This document shows positions 48,107-59,000 of a stretch of 64,000 nucleotides of DNA, one piece after another. The stretch comes from Candidatus Falkowbacteria bacterium RIFOXYC2_FULL_36_12 (GTDB lineage: Bacteria; Patescibacteriota; Patescibacteriia; UBA11705), in NCBI GenBank assembly GCA_001778235.1, contig MFGJ01000007.1, positions 193,476 to 257,475 of the forward strand. The letters are read 5' to 3'. How positions within the stretch are numbered: the first letter of the stretch is position 1; the number at the start of each line of letters is the position of its first letter. The translations under genes and the position numbers were made by a program. The notes below the pieces were generated by a model that did not search any database, had not been told where the DNA came from, and was given only the letters and a program-made list of their open reading frames with translations.

Positions 48107-48452
48107 ATTTTATGGATAAGGAATTGACGCAATGACGAGTATTTTTTTCAGTGTAATGTTCATTTGTAAAAACATGCCCAAGATGAGCACCACAGTTAGC
48201 GCATTGAATTTCTGTTCTTTGTCCATCTGGGTCAGGCAGATGTTTGACTGCTCCCAAGATTTCCGCATCAAAGCTAGGCCAGCCACAATTGGTCTGGAAT
48301 TTGTGTTCGGATTTATATAGTTCAGCATTGCAACGACGACAGATGTATTTGCCTGTTTGGAAATGTTGATAATATTCACCAGAAAAAGCTGGTTCAGTGG
48401 CTTTGTTTTCTATAATGTTGGCTTCTTCGGGGGTGAGAGGGTTGTATTTCAT
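48087..48452 (-). CDS. msrB: Peptide methionine sulfoxide reductase MsrB
   Basis: Zn-binding CxxC pairs and the RCNAELY...GWPSF...HLGHVF motifs. It overlaps msrA by 20 nt. Confidence 0.9.
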   Translation of the reverse strand: MKYNPLTPEEANIIENKATEPAFSGEYYQHFQTGKYICRRCNAELYKSEHKFQTNCGWPSFDAEILGAVKHLPDPDGQRTEIQCANCGAHLGHVFTNEHYTEKNTRHCVNSLSIKFVPYEK

Positions 48453-48609
48453 ATAGTTAAATCATTATATATAATTGTAGCATGATTTAATAAAAACATT
48501 ATCTTTTCCCTAGTTCTAGCCAGTCATGTTGACAAATATCCTGATACATGATATCATATAGGTAGATAGAAGGTGCCAATCTCCCAACAGAACTCGAAAG
48601 GAGTTCCTC

Positions 48610-49281
48610 ATGGACATCAAGAAGCGCTTCGTTCTTTTCATCATGGTCTTCGCTGTCATGTCGCTGGCGGTCGCCTGCGACACGCCCAGCGGAGATCAGA
48701 ACAACGACACGGTCGCGGGCGCCGACAACGGCACCGTGCCCCCTGACACGGGCAAGACCGACAGCGGTCAGCCCGTGGATTCCAGCCCGCCCGATGACTC
48801 GGGTGGGGAGCTGTGCTCGGGAGAAGAGGAGCTCTACAGCTACGAGATCTGGGATGACCACGCTGGAGACAGGGGTCTCGGAGGGTTCGTCATGCTCGAC
48901 TACTGCGTCTCGCAGGAGCTGTACGAGCTCCTGACCGTGACGCTACCCGGAATCTGGGTTCAGACCGATCCCCCGCTCGACAGAATGGGTCGCGAGTGGG
49001 AGCCGTTCGAGCTCACGGTGAAGCCAGTCGAAGCTGACTTCGAACTGCGGGCCCAGGCTACCTGCCCGAACGCGGACTTCTACCTCGAAGGAGGTGATTT
49101 CAGTCTGTGTATTGAGGATGATATGAGCCTCAACCTCTGCACGGACAGGCAGGCTTGCCAAGGTGTTTTCAACGGCTATGTCGAAGCCGATACAGTACAG
49201 TTTTTCAAGTCAACTGAAATCTCTCTGACTTATGAATTTTGTACAAGTACATGTAACACTCGTTCATACAAGAAGCTGTAA
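48610..49281 (+). CDS. High-GC foreign lipoprotein (acidic, 8 Cys), hypothetical
   Basis: The signal and lipobox (LAVAC) are read directly. GC content jumps sharply at about 48595 and falls at about 49240. It has its own TTGACA-17-TATCAT promoter and an AAAGGAG Shine-Dalgarno, and a terminator at 49289-49325. Confidence 0.6.
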   Translation: MDIKKRFVLFIMVFAVMSLAVACDTPSGDQNNDTVAGADNGTVPPDTGKTDSGQPVDSSPPDDSGGELCSGEEELYSYEIWDDHAGDRGLGGFVMLDYCVSQELYELLTVTLPGIWVQTDPPLDRMGREWEPFELTVKPVEADFELRAQATCPNADFYLEGGDFSLCIEDDMSLNLCTDRQACQGVFNGYVEADTVQFFKSTEISLTYEFCTSTCNTRSYKKL

Positions 49282-49288
49282 ATATTAA

Positions 49289-49325
49289 AGTGTAATACTA
49301 AATTGTGTTATACTTTTTTTGTTTT
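49289..49325 (+). terminator. Intrinsic terminator (GUGUAAUAC/GUGUUAUAC stem with G-U pairs plus U-run)
   Basis: Read directly from the sequence. Confidence 0.5.
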
Positions 49326-49498
49326 GAAGATATATTACTTGTTTTGCCTGTTGGCTGTGCGAACAAGCGGACGAGGCGAACTAATCGTCCAGTGAATTGC
49401 TCCACAATTCTGGTATGCCGATAGCTAAATCATTAATTAAACTATTATACAACAAAAGCTGAATTTACAACTTTTGTTTTTTTATCTATAATTAAACT

Positions 49499-49936
49499 AT
49501 GCGAAATTTATTATCAAACGAATCAGATTCAAAAAAACTGCAAAGAGCATGGGACTTAGATCAGAAGGCTTTGTTTTTGGCAGACAAAGATATCCAAAAA
49601 AAACTTTGGTCAGAAGCTATAAATATCTGCAAAAAATTACTAAAAAAATATGGGAACAATTTTCCAGATAATTTACAAATAATATACAAAATATTTTTAA
49701 TTTATCTACATCAGAAAAAAATTTTACTCGCAAAAAGATATATTGATAAAGCCTGGAATTTAGATAAAAATAATCCCATAACACTATTTAACTACGGCAA
49801 TTTTTATAGGGCGATAAATAAACCCAAATTGGCAATAAAATATTACGAATCAGCATCAAAGAAAAGTAGTACTAAAATCTTTGGAGAAGAATTAAAAAAA
49901 TATCTAACTTTTATAAATAAAAACAAAAAAGGATAA
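49499..49936 (+). CDS. TPR-repeat protein, apparently leaderless (TTTACA-16-TATAAT ends 6 nt before the ATG)
   Basis: TPR-like helical repeats (AWNLDKNNPITLFNYGNFYRAINKPKLAIKYYE). Confidence 0.5.
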   Translation: MRNLLSNESDSKKLQRAWDLDQKALFLADKDIQKKLWSEAINICKKLLKKYGNNFPDNLQIIYKIFLIYLHQKKILLAKRYIDKAWNLDKNNPITLFNYGNFYRAINKPKLAIKYYESASKKSSTKIFGEELKKYLTFINKNKKG

Positions 49937-50144
49937 CACAACTTTGTATTATCCTTATCTTTTATGACATTTATTACAACTGCTTGTCGGATCCAGTAAA
50001 ATAACCCCTATTTGTACAATCTTCAAACCAAAGGTGATATTGGAAGACTTGGATAAGTTGAAATTACTTAATGAACAAGGTAACAACAATGTTGCATCAG
50101 ACAAGACTTTGTAGTGTTTCTTTTTTTCCTGGATTTGGCTCGCT

Positions 50145-51404
50145 TCATTGCGTTCCCCTTTCCTCTTGTCTAAGGGTGTGCCAGAAAATTGTTTTATACA
50201 TAAACTTCAGAACTTCACAGTAAGGATCTTTATTATCATCCATCAGTTGATATCTATCAATACATCCTCCGCAACATAACCAACCAAAATCACAAAGCCT
50301 ACAATCATCTTGCTTTTGATAATTAAATCTATTTACTGTATCAAATCTATTTTTTATCTCCGAGAGAGGTAGATGACCCACCTCCCCGAGTTTCATTTGA
50401 TGATTATCTACAAAATTTGTGCAAGGATAAATACCAGAAGGAGCAAGACAACAATTATTAATAGCAGCATTACAAGTATGCATCATATGTGGCTCTAACA
50501 CTGTCTGTTTAATTCTGTAAAATTCATTGAAAAATGCTTCTGGGACTTTTCCTTCACACCACAAATCTAGACACTTGCTAAAAACAGAAATCAATTCATC
50601 TTCTAATAAAACATATTTTTCCCAAAAATCACTAGCTCGCCCCCCTCTTTCCAGAAAAACAAAGTGTAGACCCAATAGATTATGCCTTAAACACCAATCT
50701 ATCATATCTTCAACTTCTTTAACATTATACCTTGTCAAAACCATACTTATCCTACATTCAATTCCACAATTCAACATTTCAATTATTTTCCTTTGAACAG
50801 CCGAACTGGCAACCCCTCTTAACATATAATTGACATCATCCTTCAACGAATCAAGTGATACCTGCAAGCTAACCTTATTATTTGCTAAAAATAGTAGTTG
50901 TTCATTGCTAAGGTTAACGAGACCATTCGTTAAAATCCCGAAATTCACTATTCCTCGTATTTTTGATTTTTCAATTATGTCTTGAACTACCCCCCACTCT
51001 AATAGTGGTTCTCCACCAGTAATTGTTATTGACTTAGTATCTTCTTTTGATAATTCGTCTAAAAACCAATCAATATTTTTTGGTGAAACAACTGGATAAT
51101 CAGAATTAGTACAACTATATCGACAATAACTACATTTTAGATTACATTTATTGCTTACATGGATTGATGCTCCTCTTATTGGAGTAGCATATTCGACTTC
51201 ACCATAAAGTGTATCCTGAACATCCTCTAAATAATCCAATATCTCTTCTATGGTTACATTTTCTTTTTTTGCTAAATTTGCTAAATCACTTTCGCGCTCT
51301 TGCCAAATTCTCAAACCTTGTTTATTTGTAAAGTACCAGACTCTTCTGATCGGATCTATAATAGCAACATCATCTTCTCTGAATAAATAAGTTAAATTCA
51401 CCAT
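50145..51404 (-). CDS. Radical SAM / SPASM-domain peptide-modifying enzyme with an N-terminal PqqD-like RRE
   Basis: The N-terminal 80 aa (YFTNKQGLRIWQ...EEILDYLEDV) resemble RRE/PqqD. The radical-SAM core has CNLKCSYC. The C-terminal Cys-rich SPASM is CNAAINNCC...C...CRLCDFGWLCCGGC. A strong Shine-Dalgarno AGAGGAGAAAAG is present. Confidence 0.8.
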   Translation of the reverse strand: MVNLTYLFREDDVAIIDPIRRVWYFTNKQGLRIWQERESDLANLAKKENVTIEEILDYLEDVQDTLYGEVEYATPIRGASIHVSNKCNLKCSYCRYSCTNSDYPVVSPKNIDWFLDELSKEDTKSITITGGEPLLEWGVVQDIIEKSKIRGIVNFGILTNGLVNLSNEQLLFLANNKVSLQVSLDSLKDDVNYMLRGVASSAVQRKIIEMLNCGIECRISMVLTRYNVKEVEDMIDWCLRHNLLGLHFVFLERGGRASDFWEKYVLLEDELISVFSKCLDLWCEGKVPEAFFNEFYRIKQTVLEPHMMHTCNAAINNCCLAPSGIYPCTNFVDNHQMKLGEVGHLPLSEIKNRFDTVNRFNYQKQDDCRLCDFGWLCCGGCIDRYQLMDDNKDPYCEVLKFMYKTIFWHTLRQEERGTQ

Positions 51405-51435
51405 CTTTTCTCCTCTTTTGCGGATTGGATGAATA

Positions 51436-52194
51436 TTATATAATATCTTTCAAGTACTGCATAAACGATTTTTTCTGTTGATGGGCATATTTTATCATAT
51501 ATAATAAATTCATAAATGATGCTAAACTTGACTCGGGTAGATAACAAATTTCTCTATCACCTATTTTTGTGAATCCTTTTTTATTTTTTTGTGGTGATAA
51601 TATTCCATACAATATTTCATTTTGTTGTTCAAATATTATTTCGTATATACATATATATTCTATACTGTTTTTTCTCAACCATTTAGATGCGTCAACAATT
51701 ATTTCATTCACAATTCTATTTATCTTTTTTGGCAGATAATTTTTGTCTAATTGGCACAGATGTTCCGATTCTGTCATTATTTTTTGGACTTTTTTTATTG
51801 GTGCTAATTTTTTCGGTCTAATTAATACCTGTAAACCATTTTTAAGGTATTTATTCATTTTCATTTCCAATTTATCAATATCATAATCTCCTACAATATC
51901 ACATCTAACAACAATAGGATATTCAACAAATGGAACTATTACCCACTCCAAAATTTCTATCTGTTTTTCATCAGACAAAATTTTGGCAATGTATTTTGAT
52001 ATTTTTCTATACTTCGTGTATATTTCTGTCATAAAAAAAGATACGAAAAGTATCCCATAAATTAAATAAACGAATTTTGATATTAATAGAAAGCTTGAGC
52101 ATATCTTCAATATTATATTATCTATTTGGGTATTTTTTGTCAAATGAAACTCCAACAGACTACGCTGATGGTATCTAACATTATTACCAGCCAA
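51436..52194 (-). CDS. Hypothetical protein co-transcribed upstream of the rSAM gene (start may be the internal Met at 52032)
   Basis: Its stop lies 31 nt before the rSAM start. A TTGACA-17-TAATAT promoter lies inside the 5' part of the ORF-track frame, suggesting the shorter version (about 198 aa from MTEIYTKYRK). Confidence 0.45.
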   Translation of the reverse strand: MAGNNVRYHQRSLLEFHLTKNTQIDNIILKICSSFLLISKFVYLIYGILFVSFFMTEIYTKYRKISKYIAKILSDEKQIEILEWVIVPFVEYPIVVRCDIVGDYDIDKLEMKMNKYLKNGLQVLIRPKKLAPIKKVQKIMTESEHLCQLDKNYLPKKINRIVNEIIVDASKWLRKNSIEYICIYEIIFEQQNEILYGILSPQKNKKGFTKIGDREICYLPESSLASFMNLLYMIKYAHQQKKSFMQYLKDII

Positions 52195-52222
52195 GCACCT
52201 CTTTTGGCATCTTGAAGCTTAA

Positions 52223-52414
52223 TTAATCTATTACGAATACCAACACGAAGCCAAAAGGATATAATATACCTTCCAGCTTACGCTGGTGGTTTTGCAAAGG
52301 CATACAGACAAAACAACCAATGAGAAGAGCGCTCCTTGATGAATTATTTAAACAATAGTAGGGAAATTTTATGTCCCTACTTTTTTGACTGCATAATTTT
52401 TCTATATTCTTCAA
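52223..52414 (-). CDS. Possible small Cys-rich peptide (63 aa, TTG start), candidate rSAM substrate; weak
   Basis: MKNIEKLCSQ...YYCLNN...IGCFVCMPLQ contains 4 Cys. No Shine-Dalgarno, a TTG start, and it overlaps the 3' end of the upstream gene. Confidence 0.2.
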   Translation of the reverse strand: MKNIEKLCSQKSRDIKFPYYCLNNSSRSALLIGCFVCMPLQNHQRKLEGILYPFGFVLVFVID

Positions 52415-52844
52415 ATGGGATTAAACCATATTTACTTCTTCGTTTATCTAGATTTTTTTGGTCAATAATTGGTCTGGGGACAACAATACCGAAGTCATCT
52501 TGATAAAATTGTGTACCAAATTTTTGTTTTTTCCCTTGGTTTATTAAAACACGATCAGTCAACATGGCTATTAAATTCTTTGGGGAATTATTTTCCGCCA
52601 TCAATTTCAAACATTTTTCTTGGAAAGAAACATCATGGTCAGCGTGTTGTGCGATTAGCCAGGTCGCTGTCTCGCCTTCAACGCCTACCAGTTTACGGAT
52701 AGGCCAGCCGTATTTAACTATAATCTTCTTTAATTTTTCTGTATTTTCTTTGTCAACAGCTATATCCCATTTTTTGCTCTGCCTCATTTTCTGATCTTTT
52801 GTTTGCATCCGCAGTAATTGTTTTCGGAGTTGTTGGTTCTGCAT
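52377..52844 (-). CDS. Hypothetical protein (155 aa), first gene of the rSAM operon, near-leaderless (TTGACT-16-TATAAT ends 8 nt before the ATG)
   Basis: Promoter at 52853-52880 on the minus strand. No family recognised. Confidence 0.5.
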   Translation of the reverse strand: MQNQQLRKQLLRMQTKDQKMRQSKKWDIAVDKENTEKLKKIIVKYGWPIRKLVGVEGETATWLIAQHADHDVSFQEKCLKLMAENNSPKNLIAMLTDRVLINQGKKQKFGTQFYQDDFGIVVPRPIIDQKNLDKRRSKYGLIPFEEYRKIMQSKK

Positions 52845-53021
52845 ATAATAGTATTATATACAAAAAGGTGTAATAGTCAAAAATTCTTTTTTTATAAATG
52901 ACTCTGCAAAAAACTTTTTTAAGGATGTAATGAATTAAATTCTCTGATGAATTTCATTCATAATGCTCAATCGAAAGAACGCATTCATAATGCGTTCTTT
53001 TTTATATAGAAACTTATTTTT

Positions 53022-56000
53022 TTACGGTTTTATTAAGATTCGTCCAGCAAAGCGGGTCCAAGGCTCTGGGGCTGTTCTTGAACATTCACCTTCATAACAT
53101 CCATCGGTGACCCAGGTAGATTTCTGATGGCCACATGATCCATTGCACCAACCCCAGCTGTCTTTAACCTGAACCTGCGGAATAAATTGGCAGGCTTGTT
53201 CGGTGGCATTCCAGCAATTTGAGATGACGCTACCACTACAGACCCGGTCACCCTGTCCCTCGCAGGTGTATCGATGTTCAAATTTGAAAAATTCTTGAGG
53301 ACTGCAGGCATCGGTTGTATCACCAAAAACATCATATTGAGTACCAAGACATGAAGTGCCGACAGGACAATCTGTTGTTTCGCGACAAGCATAATCTGGA
53401 ATATATTTTCCAGCATTATCAATTTTACAACGCTGGAGCAATTCACCGGCTAATTGCTGGCAAACTGGTTTGTGATTTTTCAATTTACCTTCATCCAAGC
53501 CAACGACTGTGCTACCATCATTCCAATCAACCAGAACTGAAGTTATTGGCATTTGATTGGAGTTGGCCCAAGCATAGAATGTCATCTGGGCAGAATAATC
53601 CTCGCCTGAATAACGAATATCGCCTCGAGATTGAGTACCAATACTGATGGTATTAATATCAGCGGCTGAAGTTTCATTGCCAGTAATCGGATCAGAATTA
53701 CCGGTAAAGACAACTCCGGCAACAATTGGAGGCTGATGTGAATTGGTTAAGGCAAAATCACCAGCGACTGGCATAGAACCAGCAAGATTCACATATTTAT
53801 CATTTTGATATATCCATCGATTATAAACATTGGCAAATAAATTGTTGATGAAGACACTATAGCCTGATGACTTGGTAACATTGTCGCAATTGGCTGTTTC
53901 TCCACCTTCACAACTGATTGGCTTACCGGCTGTATGGGCATTGTTGCCTAAGCCAGCGAAAAATGGTGTACCACCTGGATTTTCAGCTAGATCAGTGCCA
54001 TCATCATTGGTTGAGTCAAATGGGACATAGACAGGATCACCTTCATCTGTACTAACAGCAGAACCATAGGCACTACCAAATGGGTTTAAGGCAGTAGTTG
54101 GAGACAAGCCGTATTCAAGAGATCTGGTAGTCGCGTCCCACAATTTATCATGGGTTGCTCCAGACTCTAGTACAAGGTTATCCCCAGTCTTTAAATATTT
54201 ATAGAAATTGTCAGTATAAGCTTTGTTACTACCAAGAGCATCTTCTTCTACAACCTGAATAACATCCTGACAATATTCACCTTTTAATAAATCAAGGGTA
54301 AAATCCTGCCAACCAATACTGTTGGAATCATCGCAGATAGAAGCCCAGACACCTTTGAACTGATCATTTTCATCAAACAGCACTCTAACACCGAAATAAT
54401 TATCCTCACCCCAACAATGACTGTTTATCTGCCGAGCACTTTGAGCTAATGTATTATAGTTACAATAACCAACTTGGCTCTGGTCTGACTGACAGTACCA
54501 AATAGTTTCTCCCTCAACTTGTTGGTTGGCATTATTGTTGCAAGGGAATTGAGCTGGGTTTAGGTCATAATCTGTAGCTGGATTACACTGAACATTGGAA
54601 CAGTAGTTACCATAATAACTGTCCTTAATACATTTTCCATTGCCACAATCATTATCTTCGGTACAGCCTTGTGATGACCAATTTACACCATGCAAGACAC
54701 CTGCTGGAATAGGCTTAAAAACATCTTCTGCATCACCAAGAACTTCATTGGTAATCAAATCTTTATTTTCTACTCCTCCATCCTTGACAAACATGAGATA
54801 TTTATCATCATCAAATTCACCAAGTTTCTTGCCACTGCCACCATATTGATAGAGGGTGTCACTCTCAAGGAATCGGCTGGAGACAAAATCTTTTTCAGAC
54901 CAAGTAATCTGCCAATAAGTCCATTGACGATATTTGTCTTGATCACGAGTGAAATTGTAAGTCGAGAGATTGCCTGTGACCAAAGTATTTGGAGCTGAAC
55001 CACTTGGATTAATAGACCGAGCTGATTTTTTGAAGAAATTGTAACCTTGAAAGTCTTGGCTGTGACTTTTTTCATACCAGGTTGTAGCTGATTCACCTTC
55101 GCACCAATCTTCGTCTTGACCTTCATTGCAAGCAAAAGAAAAGCCTATTAAATCTTGTTTATAAAGAGGTTCACCACTATAACCAGTGAAATATTCGCGA
55201 TAATCATTGCCACCTGAAGGGATATAATAACGATAATCATCAAAAATCCTGGCTCGATAGGAAATCGGATCTTCGTACGGTGTATCATCTGTTTCTAATC
55301 CGGCTGCACCGAGACAGTATAAACGACCACCATCATTTTCAAAAGCATTTGGATCATAACCAGCTTCATCATACTGGGCATATAGATCCTGAAGACCGGA
55401 CAATGAATCAACAGGATACCAGGACAAACAAGCGGTGTCGCCCTGCCCACTAAGTTTGAGACTGCCATCTCGTTCAAGACAATATCCCTGCATGCCAAGA
55501 TATTTTACCCGATCAATATCCTTCTTCATACACATACCGAGCTGTCCACTGTCACTGCAGTCATATGATTCGCACATTGTACTTCGATCAATAGCATTTC
55601 TGGTAATGTTGTCATCCTCTGTAATCAGACCAGCGCAAGCACATTGCCTATCTGGAATATCCTGACAAAAGCCGACTTTGTCAGTTTCAATATATTGGCT
55701 GATTGAATTTGGAAAATATTTGTCTATATATCCGCCACCAAAACTAACCTTGGTATAAGCACAACCGCAGGCAAAATTTTCATCGCCTTCGCAGGTCAGA
55801 ACATTTTCATAGGCTTGGGCAGTTTGATTGCCTAACTTTTTAACACTGGCATTGAATGGAGAGTCTGCCTGCGGATAAGCTCGGCATTCAGCAGAACTGG
55901 CGCTGATAATATCAGCGGTAGCAACTCCTTCAACGCAAACATCACCAAGACAGCGACGGCCAGCTCCGCAGGCGTCATCTGAAGTACATGTTTGACTAGT

Positions 56001-59000
56001 AAGATGAACCAGACGATAGTCTTTTGGTAGAGCATTGTCACGAGCATTTATATTGTAGGAATTATAAAATTGTAGTGGATATCTATTTGAAATAGAATAA
56101 CCACTGTAATCAAGCTGTCCCCATGAAACTCCCTGCGTTCGGCGGACTTGAGTATAATTGGTTGCATTTAATAATTGATTGGTTGTAAGGAGTGAATCTG
56201 ATGGACCCTCACTGACAAAATGACTACATTGACCAGTATTCTCTGCCTCACCAATAGCATCACAAAGGCCAAGTCCCTGACAGACGAATTTCGAAGTGTT
56301 GGTAACTGGATCAAAAACAGTTTGTCCGCTCTTGCAGTCATACCATTCTGCACATTCGCGATCACGGACAACTTTTATTATACGATTTGAATCCTGAAAA
56401 ATATTAGCTTCATTGGCAGCGTAACACAAGACAGACTCATAAGTACATTGATTAACTCCGACTGGGCCAGCACTGGCACTCGGGGTTGTCCCGAGCAGTG
56501 CGAAAACGCTATTTGTAATTGCAGTTCTTTCTACGGAATTAGTGTCTGGTTGGTTAAAAATAGCTCTGACCTCTGGGCAATAATTTGTGTGCAGAGAGCA
56601 ATCAATATTTAAATTTTCTAGTAGTAATTTCAAACCTTGGAGTGCCTGATCAGTGGAATTGGCAAGAGGAGAAACACCTCGACCACCATCAGCAGAACTG
56701 GCTTCATAGGTTGAAGCAGAATTAAACAAAAGCTGATTAAATCCTTGGGCATTTTTGACAGAAGTGTCATTGAATAATAGACAGCCATCTTTTTCACTAA
56801 CAGTAGAGCAAGACTGGATGTCTTCATTGTTTAAATAATAATAAGCTGAACCTTTGGTTGAGCCACCTTCAACATCAACTGGATCAAGAAAAGCAGTACA
56901 TGAATCATATTTACTCTTGCATTGACCAACCCAGCCATCATAGGTGGCAGTACTTGAATGCAATAAATGACCCGTGCCATCAGCGTAATAATCAAAAGTT
57001 CCAGACGGACAAGAATCTTCAGTGCCTGTGACGAACCAACCTTCATTGCCGTCAGAACCTACCTTGTATTCACAAGTGCGTTCACCCGGCTCCTTGAAAT
57101 AATAAGTGTTGTTGTCAGAAGTAGTAAATTCATCACAGCGATTATCTCTGCCGAGGCATAAGTATTTATCAAGATTATCAAAATCTAATTTGAAAAAGTT
57201 AGTAGCCCAATTATCAGACTCTATTTGATTGTTCTGATCATAATTTGGGACGCCGAGCATGGTACAACCAATACCAAATACTTTACACCTAACATCATCA
57301 GATAGGACTAAGTACATCAAATTGTCTTGATCGGTTGTAAAGGCTCCATTGTCATTATCATAAGATTGACTAAATGGGTTAGTCGAATTTTGGGTATCAA
57401 TAACTGCTTGACAGCCAACTGCTGACTGACGGCAAATATTGCGAAAACCTCGAAGTGTCTGACTGCCGGCAACACTACTTTCAAATTCACGACAACCAAG
57501 CTGGGCTTGTGGCAAATATTGTTTGGACAAGGTCTGATCGCAAGCTGTCGGAGTTGACCAACTATTAGTAATCAAATAATGTGTATCGCTAAGTCTCTTG
57601 ACTTCAATACTATCAAAATAAATCGTGCCACTATTTGATTGGATATTTATTTCATTAACCGCTTCGGTTGGAACAAATATGGCTGTATCATAATGTAAAA
57701 ATTGTGTCTGATCAGCCGGAGTTGACTGGATTTCCACCCTTGACTCAAGGCTTGAGCTACCAAGATTAATATCAGCTCGGGCAGTTGAACCAGGGCTCTC
57801 TGCCCAGAAGGAAACAATATATGATTCACCTGGAATAAGGGAGTTTGATAATCTACGACCGGAGGTTTGGCCAGAAGTGAGCTTCAATGATTTTCCGCCA
57901 TTGATTGAAGACCGTTGACTGATTTCTCCTCCAGTCCAGATTGTACTGGCATCAAAAGTGTCATTTAACAATTGGTCAACATCATTGGCTGTATTACCGC
58001 GGTATTCACGACAGCCAGCATTTGATTTATCACATGACTTGCTAAAATCAGGGTTAGCCCAGAAAACACACTCATTGTCAGCTCGCCATTCACCACCTCG
58101 ACTAGTGCATTGGATCTCTGCATCATATTTAAGTGTTCGGCGGTATGGATGACAATTTTGGCTACATAAAACTAAATTATCTAAAATATAATATGAAACA
58201 TTGCCATTTTTATCATAAAGTTCACGGCATTCAGGAAAATTTATTGGGTCAAAAGTTGACGGACTACATTCACGAGTTATAGGCGACTTCTGGACGACTT
58301 TTGGTACAGAATTATTCATCTCAAACTGATGTGCCTGGAGTTGATAACCAGAAACATCGGTTCCGACCCAAGTATAATAAGTGCCACAACTTGTATCGGT
58401 TTCAGGATTGTCTGATTTTTTGCAAAGTCTAAGATCAGAATAATATTCAGTTCCTTCACCACCTGCATCTAAATCATCTAAATTGGTAAATTCTTCACAA
58501 CTGACTTGATTAGCTGAACAGCTTTCAGCAGTTGATGGCATGAAATATAATGGGAACTGGGTTGAAACAAAATTTGTAGAGGCCTGGGAATAAGTCGCAT
58601 ACCCAACACACTGTGAAGGACAGAGATCTTCTGGTGAAGCAACAGCGGTAACGCTGGTGCCACCATCGGTTGGATTGAAGAGCTGACAGCCAACTTCTTC
58701 AGCGGCACAAAGCTCGGCAAAGTCAGAACATTTTTCTGAATTATTACTTGTTTTATCAAGAATATCTGAAACATTAACTGGGGTATACCAAGTTGTTTCA
58801 CCTTGTCTTATCCCACGACTAAAGGCTGGATCAGTATATAAAGCTGAATCATAACAGCCATAATAATCAGGAGCAATTTTGATAAAATCCAAACCAATAG
58901 TCCCATAATCACTGTAATCATAAACTTCAAATGGACTGACTGCTTCTGAAATTTGGACTTCATCAATGACTGAACTCTCAATGCCTGAAAAACGCATTCC

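Noticed and set aside
48499-48861. 120-aa ORF on the minus strand
   Set aside because: It lies antisense to the high-GC lipoprotein gene. Long antisense open frames are expected in GC-rich DNA. It has no Shine-Dalgarno and an Arg/Gly/Ala-rich low-complexity translation.
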